A stretch of 64,000 nt of DNA from positions 597-64,596 of the forward strand of contig JAIBBY010000003.1 in the NCBI GenBank assembly GCA_019694455.1, read 5' to 3'. Shown in pieces: positions 36,601 through 43,281 of the stretch (positions are counted from its first letter, which is position 1; every line of letters starts with the position of its first letter). Source of the DNA: Pirellulales bacterium. Lineage in GTDB: Bacteria > Planctomycetota > Planctomycetia > Pirellulales > JAEUIK01. A program made the translations under genes and the position numbers. The notes under the pieces were generated by a model, which searched no databases, was not told where the DNA came from, and saw only the letters and a list, made by a program, of their open reading frames with translations.

Positions 36601-39600
36601 TGCCGGCGATGGGCTCGCAGGCGGAGCAGGTGTCGGCGCTGTCGACCGTGAGGGCGCAGCGGCCGCAACCTCGTCCAGGCCGGCGCCTTTCATTGGAACC
36701 GTGCGGAGAAATTCGAGCACGTGCCGCAGCGTGGGAAACTGATCAAGCGTCAGCTCTTCTGTCGGCACCACATCAAAATACTCTTGCAGTTCGCCAAACA
36801 GTTGGGCCTTCTTGATACTGTCGATGCCGAGATCGGCCTCCAGGTCGGCGTCGAGCTCCACTACATCCGGCGGATAGCCCGTCTGCTCGACCACGAAGTT
36901 GATCAAAAAACGCTCCAGGTCGACAGTGCTTGGCGCCTTGGCGACAGGTGCGGGGTGAGGCGTAACGGCATGCGGCGCGTGACCATTTTGAGCCACCGGC
37001 GCGGCAGGCGCTGGGCGTGGTGGCGGCGGCGCGGGTGCAGCCGCTTGAGCTACCGGCTTTGGCGGAGCGCTGACAGGCGCAGCGGTCCGAGCCGCACGCG
37101 CGCCGCCCGATTGGGCCGTCTGTCGCATCCGCTCGCGGCGACGCGTGGTGGCGTCGAATGCCAACAGCGGTTCGCGACGCGGTGGCCGCGCCCCCCTACC
37201 GCCAGGCAAAGGTTGTGGTGATCCATGCTCCATATCAAAAACTCCCATCACCGATAGGGCGGCCCGAACTTGTTCAATCTGCTCCAGCCCGAGCCGCTTT
37301 GGCTGATCGCAAGCAATCGCAACTTGGTCTGTTGAATCGAGAATGCGCCGATGCAAGCCGCTCAGCACCTGCTGCGGCCCCACTTCCACCAGCACGCATG
37401 GCTGGCCGGCGCTCACCGCATGAACCAGATCGACATACATCACCGGCGACGTATTGTGACGCGACAGATTGTCGCGAGCCTCGTCGGCGGTGGTCACCGA
37501 TCGGTTGGTGACGACGCTCCAAAACGGCACGCGCGGATTTGAGAACTGCGCCTCGGCCAGCGCTCGTTCCAAAGGCTTGCCCGCGGGCGCCATCAATGGT
37601 GTATGAAACGGCGCCGGAACCGCCAGCAACTTCGCGCCGATGCCGGCGCCCTTGAGAATGGCTTCAAAGCGAGCGAGATTTTCCGGGGCGCCGCCAACGA
37701 CTGTTTGGTCGGGGGTGTTGACGTTGGCGACATGGATCGCCAATCCTGCTTGTTGGGCAAGCTCGGCTACCCGCTGAGCGGAACCGCCCGCGGCCAACAG
37801 GCCCCCCTGCACTCTCGCCGCGGCGATACCATCGCAGCGGGCGCGCGTCAAAGCGATGGCGGTCTCGATGTCGATCGCGCCGCTGGCGGCCAGCGCCGAG
37901 TATTCGCCGAAGCTATGTCCCAGCACCGCGTCGGGGACGATACCAACGGATTGCACCGTCCGAAACATCACCCAATTGGCGATCAGCATCGCTAATTGAG
38001 TTGGCCACACTTGCTTGCCCATGGCGGCGCTGTCGCCCCAGGCAAGATCGGAAAATGACTGGTATCCATAGCGCTCCAGAATCGCTTCTACTTCGTCTAG
38101 CGCTTGTCGCGCGGCCGGCGATTGCTCGACAAGAAGCTTGAGCATTCCTGGGTACTGCGAACCTTGCCCCGGAAAGCAAAAGACAACACGCGGACGCGCG
38201 CGCGGTGTTTCACTCAGATAGATCCCTTGTTGGCGCAGCACCGCCTGCCCGGCAGGCGATGATCCCTGCTTGACGGCGAGTTCCAACTTGGCAGCTAGCG
38301 ATTGTGGAGTGTCGGCGACAATCGCTGCGCGGAAGCGATCGCTCAACCGGAAGAGTCGCTCGCTGCCCTGCGCGAAAAGTTCCGCAGCCCGGCCGCAGGC
38401 GGCGGTCAATTCGCTGATCATCCCTTCTGCCGAGTCCGCTGCGAAGGTAAGCACGCGCGAACCGACCACGCTGGGATCGACCGGAATAGCAAACGGCGAT
38501 GCCGCAGCGGGCTTTGACGCCGGACTCGGCTTGGCGTTCGTAACGTTGGCGGACTGTTTGACGCTGGTCTTGCCGCGGGCCGGCTTGCCGACCGCCTTGC
38601 CCGACTCGATCAGCACATGATAGGTCAGGCCGCGCGATCGCGAACACACGGCCGCCAAGGCGCCTTCGCTGGCGATTTCGGCAACCGATGTTTGAGAGGT
38701 TGGCGTAGTCAGCCCATCGGACGCGATGGGCTGACGGACATCGACCGGCCTTGGCAAGATGCCGCGATCCAATTCCAAGCTGGCCTTGATCAAAGACGCC
38801 ATGCCGGCGGCGGCCTCAGCATGGCCGATCTGCCCGGCGACGGAGCTTAACATCAGCGGCCGAACGCGATCGGCGACCGTGTGTAACTGCGAGAGGGTGC
38901 GCAGTTGGTCGGCGCCTTCGTCCACACTCATCGCCCCGTCGACTTCCATCAGGCCGATATCTGCAGCGGCGCGATCGGCGGTGGCTAGCGATCGCTCGAT
39001 CGACACCCGCAGCGCCTCGCCCGCGCTCGCATGGTGCGCGGCGCCGATGCCGCGAATGGTGGCCACGATGGGGTCGCCATCGCGGCGCGCGTCGGCCAAT
39101 CGCTTGAGCAGCATCACCCCCACCCCTTCCGCCGGCACGTAGCCGTGCGCGGCCTGATCGAGAGGGGAACTCGGGGTGCCGTCGGCGCAGAGAGCGCCGT
39201 TGATCGCCAATCCTTCGTACTCCGGCAGCCCTAAACGTCGCTGCCCGGCCGCGCAGATCATCATATCCACATCGCCACACAACAGCGCGTCGACGCTCAC
39301 CGAAAGGGCCGCCAGCGACGAGCAATGACCACTATCGATGGCAACAGCGCCCCCCATTAAGTTCCAGGTCTTGGCCGTCCGTGAAGCGAGCGAGCTAGTG
39401 CTGAAGCTCCCCGTTTCATCGATCAACGCTGGCCAATTGGCGAGCAGACGTTTGTCGTACTTCTTTTGGATTGTCTCAATTCGATCGGCTGCGGCGCCAC
39501 CGTCGCGCAAGATGGCCGCGATGTGCCGCTTGAGTTCTGGCAGGCGCAGGCCCATTTGCAATTGGAAGGCGAAATCGCCGCCGAACTCGGTGCCGACCAC

Positions 39601-41556
39601 CACTCCGACTCGCGTGCGGTCGAAATCGCGCCGGTCGTAGCCCGCCTGCTTAATCGCCTGATCGGCCGCGTCGAGCAGCATGAACTGCAGCGGATCGGCT
39701 TGCTCCACCTGCTTGGGCGGAATCTTGTGCGTCTTCCAATCGTAGACGAAGTCGGTGATGAAACCGCCACGCTTGGTGGGACTGTGATACGCGCGGCGCG
39801 AGCCGGGCTCATACGCCAAATCGGCGCGCCAGCGCTCGGGCGGCACGTCGCATTTGGGGTCACGTCCCGATACAAGCAATTCCCAAAACTGATCTGTATG
39901 GCGCGCTCCCGGCAGCACACATCCCATGCCGATCACGGCAATCGCGTCGTCATCGGCCGATTGCGGTTGGTTGCCCGCCATGGTGTTCTCGGGCAGAGCA
40001 ATCAACCGGCGCGAAGCCTCGTTGAACTCCTCAACCGCCACATGCATGTTCAGGCCGCCAATGCCAAACGCGTTGACCCCGGCGCGACGCGGCCGACCAT
40101 CGGGATGCGGGGCCCAGGGGGCGGGCGCTCGCGGCACGAACACCGGCACCTGGTCCCATTCGATTTTGGGATTTAGTTGACTGACGTTGGCCGCCGGAGG
40201 AACCGTGTTGTGCCCGAGCGCCAGCACGGTTTTGATAACGCCGGCAATACCCGCTGTTTCCAGAGTGTGGCCGATGTTGGCCTTCACACTGGTGATCGGC
40301 ACCTTCTTGCCCGGCGGCAGTTGACCGGCCAGCACCTCGGCCAGCGTGTTCAGTTCGGTGGCGTCTCCCAATTGAGTCGCCGTGGCATGGGCTTCCACGT
40401 AGTCGAGGTCGCCCAGTTGCAAGCCATCGCGATATGCTCGCTGCATCGCGAGCACTTGCCCTTCTTTGCGTGGCGCCCACAGGCTCTTTCCCTTGCCATC
40501 GCTGGAAACCCCCAAGCCACGCACCACGGCGCGGATCGGATCGCCGTCGGCCAGCGCCCGCTCCAGCGTCTTCATGACCAGCGCCACGTAGCCCTCGCCC
40601 ACGATGAGTCCATCGGCGTCTGCGTCAAATGGCCGCGAACCGGTGGAGCTCATCGCGCGGGCATGCGCGAACAGCACCAGCGAATCGCCCTTGCAGTCGG
40701 AGGCGCCGCCTACGATCACCATGTCGGCCCGGCCCAGTTGCAGCGCCCGCGCGCCAATCAGCATCGCCTGCAGCGACGAAGCGCACGCCGAGTTGAGCGC
40801 CAGAAACGGACCATCCAATCCAAACGCCTTGCTGAGCGTGCCAGCCACTAGGCTGCACGCAACGTCGGGCGAGGCCGCGGTGCGGATTGGCAAAGGCGCT
40901 CGCACGCGCGACACCAATTCGGCGATCACGCGATCTTGTTCCGCCTGTGGCAGCGCGGCGAACTCGTCCACCTCGCGCAGCATTTCGGCGGCTTCGTGCG
41001 CATAGGTGGCATAGGTGTATTCGCCACCGAGTGTGCTGCCTTGCGCGTGGCCAATGTACACGCCGGTGTTTTTGATGGGCACATTGAAGGGATCGATGCC
41101 AGCGTGGCGGAGCGCGGCGGCGGCCACCTCGCACATCAATAGGTGCGACGCGTCAACGCTGTTGGCCAACTCGTCGGCAATGGGGCAGGCGGCGCGATCA
41201 AAGTCGCGGCTTTTGACGATCGCCCCCATCTTGGAATAGGTCTTGCCCACCACGCCCACTTTGGGGTCGTAGTACATATCTTGATCGAGCCGATCGGGCG
41301 GCAACTCGGCGACGGCAGTTCGCCCTTCTACGACCAACCGCCAAAATTCATCGAGATTGTCGGCGCCAGGCAATTTGCAGCCCATGCCGATGATGGCAAG
41401 CGGAATTCGCGACCTGCTAGTCATGTTCGAATGGACTCCTGAATTGCCGGCGAGGTGCGTCGCCGCGGGCGACCCCGCCATGGGTCCACCGGCCGATCGG
41501 TCCGTCCGAACGGCCGTACTCCGAAGGGGCGCCCATCGCAAGCGCCCTAGGCTCAC
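30670..41556 (-). CDS. Iterative type I PKS / secondary-lipid synthase (3628 aa): KS, CLF-like KS, AT, 3xACP, AAT(C45)-like, KR, KR, DH
   Basis: Approximate domain coordinates:
- KS 40040-41405: 'NSACASSL', 'EAHATAT', 'NIGHTLETAG'.
- CLF-like KS 38610-39950: 'DSGHCSSL', with the first His replaced ('MEVDGAM').
- AT 37335-38195: 'GHSFGE'.
- Three ACPs 35990-36924: 'LGIDSIK'.
- AAT-like domain 34885-35800.
- KR units 33205-34745 and 31580-33125: 'TGGARGIT'.
- PS-DH 30673-31520: 'HTLRGAPFLPG'.
The start could be the GTG at 41556 or the ATG at 41424. Confidence 0.95.
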   Translation of the reverse strand: MSLGRLRWAPLRSTAVRTDRSAGGPMAGSPAATHLAGNSGVHSNMTSRSRIPLAIIGMGCKLPGADNLDEFWRLVVEGRTAVAELPPDRLDQDMYYDPKVGVVGKTYSKMGAIVKSRDFDRAACPIADELANSVDASHLLMCEVAAAALRHAGIDPFNVPIKNTGVYIGHAQGSTLGGEYTYATYAHEAAEMLREVDEFAALPQAEQDRVIAELVSRVRAPLPIRTAASPDVACSLVAGTLSKAFGLDGPFLALNSACASSLQAMLIGARALQLGRADMVIVGGASDCKGDSLVLFAHARAMSSTGSRPFDADADGLIVGEGYVALVMKTLERALADGDPIRAVVRGLGVSSDGKGKSLWAPRKEGQVLAMQRAYRDGLQLGDLDYVEAHATATQLGDATELNTLAEVLAGQLPPGKKVPITSVKANIGHTLETAGIAGVIKTVLALGHNTVPPAANVSQLNPKIEWDQVPVFVPRAPAPWAPHPDGRPRRAGVNAFGIGGLNMHVAVEEFNEASRRLIALPENTMAGNQPQSADDDAIAVIGMGCVLPGARHTDQFWELLVSGRDPKCDVPPERWRADLAYEPGSRRAYHSPTKRGGFITDFVYDWKTHKIPPKQVEQADPLQFMLLDAADQAIKQAGYDRRDFDRTRVGVVVGTEFGGDFAFQLQMGLRLPELKRHIAAILRDGGAAADRIETIQKKYDKRLLANWPALIDETGSFSTSSLASRTAKTWNLMGGAVAIDSGHCSSLAALSVSVDALLCGDVDMMICAAGQRRLGLPEYEGLAINGALCADGTPSSPLDQAAHGYVPAEGVGVMLLKRLADARRDGDPIVATIRGIGAAHHASAGEALRVSIERSLATADRAAADIGLMEVDGAMSVDEGADQLRTLSQLHTVADRVRPLMLSSVAGQIGHAEAAAGMASLIKASLELDRGILPRPVDVRQPIASDGLTTPTSQTSVAEIASEGALAAVCSRSRGLTYHVLIESGKAVGKPARGKTSVKQSANVTNAKPSPASKPAAASPFAIPVDPSVVGSRVLTFAADSAEGMISELTAACGRAAELFAQGSERLFRLSDRFRAAIVADTPQSLAAKLELAVKQGSSPAGQAVLRQQGIYLSETPRARPRVVFCFPGQGSQYPGMLKLLVEQSPAARQALDEVEAILERYGYQSFSDLAWGDSAAMGKQVWPTQLAMLIANWVMFRTVQSVGIVPDAVLGHSFGEYSALAASGAIDIETAIALTRARCDGIAAARVQGGLLAAGGSAQRVAELAQQAGLAIHVANVNTPDQTVVGGAPENLARFEAILKGAGIGAKLLAVPAPFHTPLMAPAGKPLERALAEAQFSNPRVPFWSVVTNRSVTTADEARDNLSRHNTSPVMYVDLVHAVSAGQPCVLVEVGPQQVLSGLHRRILDSTDQVAIACDQPKRLGLEQIEQVRAALSVMGVFDMEHGSPQPLPGGRGARPPRREPLLAFDATTRRRERMRQTAQSGGARAARTAAPVSAPPKPVAQAAAPAPPPPRPAPAAPVAQNGHAPHAVTPHPAPVAKAPSTVDLERFLINFVVEQTGYPPDVVELDADLEADLGIDSIKKAQLFGELQEYFDVVPTEELTLDQFPTLRHVLEFLRTVPMKGAGLDEVAAAAPSRSTAPTPAPPASPSPAAAPAAPGVDELERFLINFVVEQTGYPPEVVELDADLEADLGIDSIKKAQLFGELQEYFDVVPTEELTLDQFPTLRHVLDFLRTVPIRATASLSLSESAAAPQAEPPPVTGPAPQPAAAANAHAPNVDELERFLINFVVEQTGYPPEVVELDADLEADLGIDSIKKAQLFGELQEYFDVVPTEELTLDQFPTLRHVLDFLRTVPFRASAPFAASMSGHETNGEATAHPFENAVGATDTIAPPAAVTIEDSVLPPTYDLSPSAPTACEPVAQTGTPYEMGLAHGRHYRRAIRQILRTYADLGDLACVGPAGGDSQQRFTDQELDELQGIADGAEVPLAGIMAHQNAAFVDVGQSSLQFAAREASDTSLLHAAAWTGPLMAAFDEVLQPAVFIRQPLLGVEHALVGLVGTVGGIAGVNAEGLTASAAPLPGQAPAEGWARTVARALTRGRDVASALEAADASPSVGILLGSAAPTAIHYQNPSATSAQTADDVLVVALGIDASPLAATRSRWEALATQAQAGHYPVADLVRDACRAEATVARQEVAIAVADRREDWSHLSVVIDPGKGLLWIGEESTRLPDHWKARIEPKRPTAGSVNGRAAKTPKQSPPTIASTPRDPLESMRFTMRTIPMAFAANTPAAPVWQGAALIVGDNPVAEALSRQCRATGAVVHRITRMGNLAEMRQQIEAFWAQGPVAHLFLLSHFDATSADMGDPAQFDARLESAVVAPFFLTQAWTTQAVAKKWLDRSTVVALTCHGGDLGFGGQTASPEGGALAGLIKALCIEFKIMRDQKNLLVKAIDAPADEPAEALAKNILRELAARSIDYEVAFRKERRYLQNAIPARLADAPRADRVPQGNWIITGGARGITAECARELAQRYDVRLHLLGTSPLPNVPAEWLTLDENGLRELKSQVILEAQKAGRRPTDAWAPVEKAIEVQKNLNAFRAAGIAFDYYTCSVTDREALARVLDQVRRSGPITGVLHGAGIERSGKFEKKSPELVAATLGAKVTGAYNLMTLTQSDPIRHFVGFGSISGRLGSNGQADYCAASDMLAKLSGWYRARRPDVRSITFHWHPWDEVGMAYRPETRATFQMTDAPELMPKRDGLAHLVRELAADADDTEALITSREFFERYYGPGSADHPFEPSATNETEETTAVDSSGGDVARRFVLTLEESPLDRASRDAALEGTVCVLGDNADADAIAQMLTARGETVQHPALDGEIDEVLARLDAQWSTEPAAHLVLVTARDPDAMLLDTPASIRQRRERGIVLPFLVTQRWLKRLSGIQSSANSNLVAVTNLGGDFGIASTGFAPEGGALAGLVKSVHVEGARRKDRAIRCQVIDLAASEPPQQVGEAIVAELAAATHEIEVAWQAGRRFTTRVTPRELADSDACSITPGSVWVVTGGARGITAATALHLGKKYGLKLHLVGVSPLPPADAPWLDADDARLKEIKQEIVRRAVADGRSPEEDWARVKKGREIHATLEKFRAAQVAATYHSCDVSNWEVLSRVLDQVRSQDGPIAGVIHGAGYAKSARLEMKGRALIERTLAPKFDGALALMALTRQDPVRHFLSFGSISGRYGGNGLSDYAAANEVLAKLGSWHRGERPDCATASIAWQTWDEIGMAMLSDSVPINRNSLAMKYISPSEGVRHCERELAAALPTPEVVVTDGYFEGLFYGEREQTVATIKEQSPPALPPLIASVQAGEAPHSSVAELRFNPEVDPFLIEHTLRGAPFLPGVLALEAMAQAASAATGQQVVAVRDFEIVQGIKCQPQRTVSAHVRLSGDGPQRDARLTVEVRNRKGLMVDPARACASGRVELGSRQTDLAAPPMDQPAVGWLPFVYADNGLLYHGHKLRALKEFSFDYEGGFARIVAPSLAELAGPRGEQGWVFPSAVLDACVVACGSFIFLQFSGRLELPHRIGFLRLARQPRAGEKCMLRFHFRSRAEKHSVFDFTLYGESGDAILDVAQYTTVLAAEKAI
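35990..36924 (-). repeat. Three tandem ACP-coding repeats (periods about 354 and 348 nt)
   Basis: Cores lie at 35990-36226, 36343-36580 and 36692-36924. The first two differ by roughly ten substitutions by eye and encode identical 78-aa cores. Confidence 0.9.
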
Positions 41557-41559
41557 GTG

Positions 41560-43020
41560 TCACGCGGCCTGCGGACTGAGTTGCCCCGTTAAACTCCCCA
41601 TCGCGTCGAGCAAATTGCGGTGGAGCGCGGACGGCGCCTCGAAGACCAGTTTGCCTGCGGCCAAGGCGTCGGTCGCCGCGACATCGCCGCGCGACAATTG
41701 TTCGAGTATGTGCGCGTTCACATACACCAGACCGACGGCATCTTCTGAGAAACCACGTTCGGCGCCCACGATCTCGCTGCCGCGAAGCAGCAGGCTCCAT
41801 TGCCCGCCACCGCGGCCCGACACATCGAGCGAAACGCGCTGGTCGGCGTTGGCCGCTTGATTGGCGCTGACGAATCGCGACAACAGTTCCTGCGCGTCGA
41901 ACTCAAACTCGATCTTTTCGTGCTTGGGCGAGGCAAAGTTGTGCTCAATGGGATAACGCGCGATCGTCATCATTTGATCGTAGTCCATGACCGGACATGG
42001 CAAGTGCGACAGCACGCGACTGGAGTGCGTGAGGTCGAATTGCGGATCGTCGCGCCAGTGAGATTCGTAAATCTGCATGTGGTGGTGGAACAATTGTTCG
42101 CAGGCGGCCAAGTCGCGCGGATCGGCTTGGTTGGCGGTGGTGCGCTTGGAGTACTTGCGGATTGCGTCCTGCGTCACGCTCTGAATCAATCGAACGCTCA
42201 CTGGCTGCGGCGACGCAAGGTGGTATGTGCCACCGTGATAACGGCGGTTGCGAATAATGTGCAGCATGCCCGCTGCCACCCAATCCACCGGCACAAAGTT
42301 TTTTCCTTCGTGGCCTTGCAAACCGAGCCGAGCAAAAAACCGCTCGCCCATCTCTTCGGGCGGTATTCGGCCCGACATCGTGTAGGCCAATTGCAGCGGC
42401 AGATAGAAACCGTGATAGCTCGTGGTGTAGCCAGTGCGCGAGTCGCCGACGATGCTGGCCGGCCGATGCACAGTGCAGGTTTCGAAACCGCGCACTGAGC
42501 GGACCGCCTTTTCGGCGGCGAGTTTGCTGGCCTCGTACACATTGCCAGCTTCTTGCCCCAAATCGAGTTCGGTTTCTAGCACACGTCCGGTGCGCACACC
42601 ACACAGATAGGAGGTCGACACATGATGAAAGTGTCGGACGCCGGCCCGCTGGCACACCTCTAGCACTCGACGCGTGCCTTCGGCGTTGGTGCGGTGCGGC
42701 TCGCCATCTGGCTGCGCGCGAAACACCAGGCTGGCGGCGCTATGGACCGCGGTATGCACATGCGAGCGAAGCCAAGCCAGATCGCCCCCATCCAGGCCCA
42801 AATCGGATTCGCGCAGGTCACCTTCCAGAATCACAGGTCGCCGCATCGAGCGCCCCGCGATCCCTTCCCAACGTTGCACAAGCGCTTCAATTCGCTGGCG
42901 TGCGGTGCTTAATTTGCCCGGGCGTACGATCACCGCCAGGTGCTCGCCGCCCAGTAACAAATCGCGCATTAAATAGCGACCCAGCAACCCGGTTGCGCCC
43001 GTCAGCAGCGTATATGACAT
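41560..43020 (-). CDS. Stand-alone thioester/fatty-acyl reductase (NAD-binding SDR-e) with an SCP2-like C-terminal domain
   Basis: 'MSYTLLTGATGLLGRYL' is the Rossmann motif, and 'YEASKLAAE' is YxxxK. The C-terminal ~110 aa ('QWSLLLRGSEIVG...LSRGDVAATDALAAGKLVFEAP') follows an SCP2 pattern. The stop lies 4 nt before the PKS ORF. Confidence 0.8.
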   Translation of the reverse strand: MSYTLLTGATGLLGRYLMRDLLLGGEHLAVIVRPGKLSTARQRIEALVQRWEGIAGRSMRRPVILEGDLRESDLGLDGGDLAWLRSHVHTAVHSAASLVFRAQPDGEPHRTNAEGTRRVLEVCQRAGVRHFHHVSTSYLCGVRTGRVLETELDLGQEAGNVYEASKLAAEKAVRSVRGFETCTVHRPASIVGDSRTGYTTSYHGFYLPLQLAYTMSGRIPPEEMGERFFARLGLQGHEGKNFVPVDWVAAGMLHIIRNRRYHGGTYHLASPQPVSVRLIQSVTQDAIRKYSKRTTANQADPRDLAACEQLFHHHMQIYESHWRDDPQFDLTHSSRVLSHLPCPVMDYDQMMTIARYPIEHNFASPKHEKIEFEFDAQELLSRFVSANQAANADQRVSLDVSGRGGGQWSLLLRGSEIVGAERGFSEDAVGLVYVNAHILEQLSRGDVAATDALAAGKLVFEAPSALHRNLLDAMGSLTGQLSPQAA

Positions 43021-43281
43021 AAGAAATGAAAGTCCTGTTGCCCGTTGACTCAACGCTGCCTGGCCGATCATCGGCGGACGGCGCGTGGCTAGTGCTATCA
43101 AGCACCGTGCTAGCGGTCGTTTATAGCGACATTAAGATAATAAAAATACAGCGATTGAGAAGACTGGGTATATTGAGTCGCGAATTACACGCTTCCGCCT
43201 CATGTGCGAATTGATACCACAGCGGTCGCTCAGCAATCGGCGCGATCCATCGAATTGGTTGCCATTTGAACCAAGCTCCAT

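Noticed and set aside
35990-36924. Regularly spaced near-identical repeats that could be mistaken for a CRISPR array or a minisatellite.
   Set aside because: The period is about 350 nt. The repeats are in frame inside the PKS ORF and encode ACP domains (LGIDSIK), and the 'spacers' are Ala/Pro-rich linkers. No CRISPR-like 25-40 nt repeat/spacer structure appears anywhere in the window.
31054-42498. Many long plus-strand ORFs antisense to the PKS and reductase genes, for example 31486..32361, 32965..33612, 33661..34416, 35497..36204, 39466..40176, 40177..40851 and 41800..42498.
   Set aside because: They are Arg/Gly/His/Pro-rich shadow ORFs, typical of the antisense strand of GC-rich genes. They carry no motifs, and the minus-strand frame carries unambiguous PKS domain signatures.
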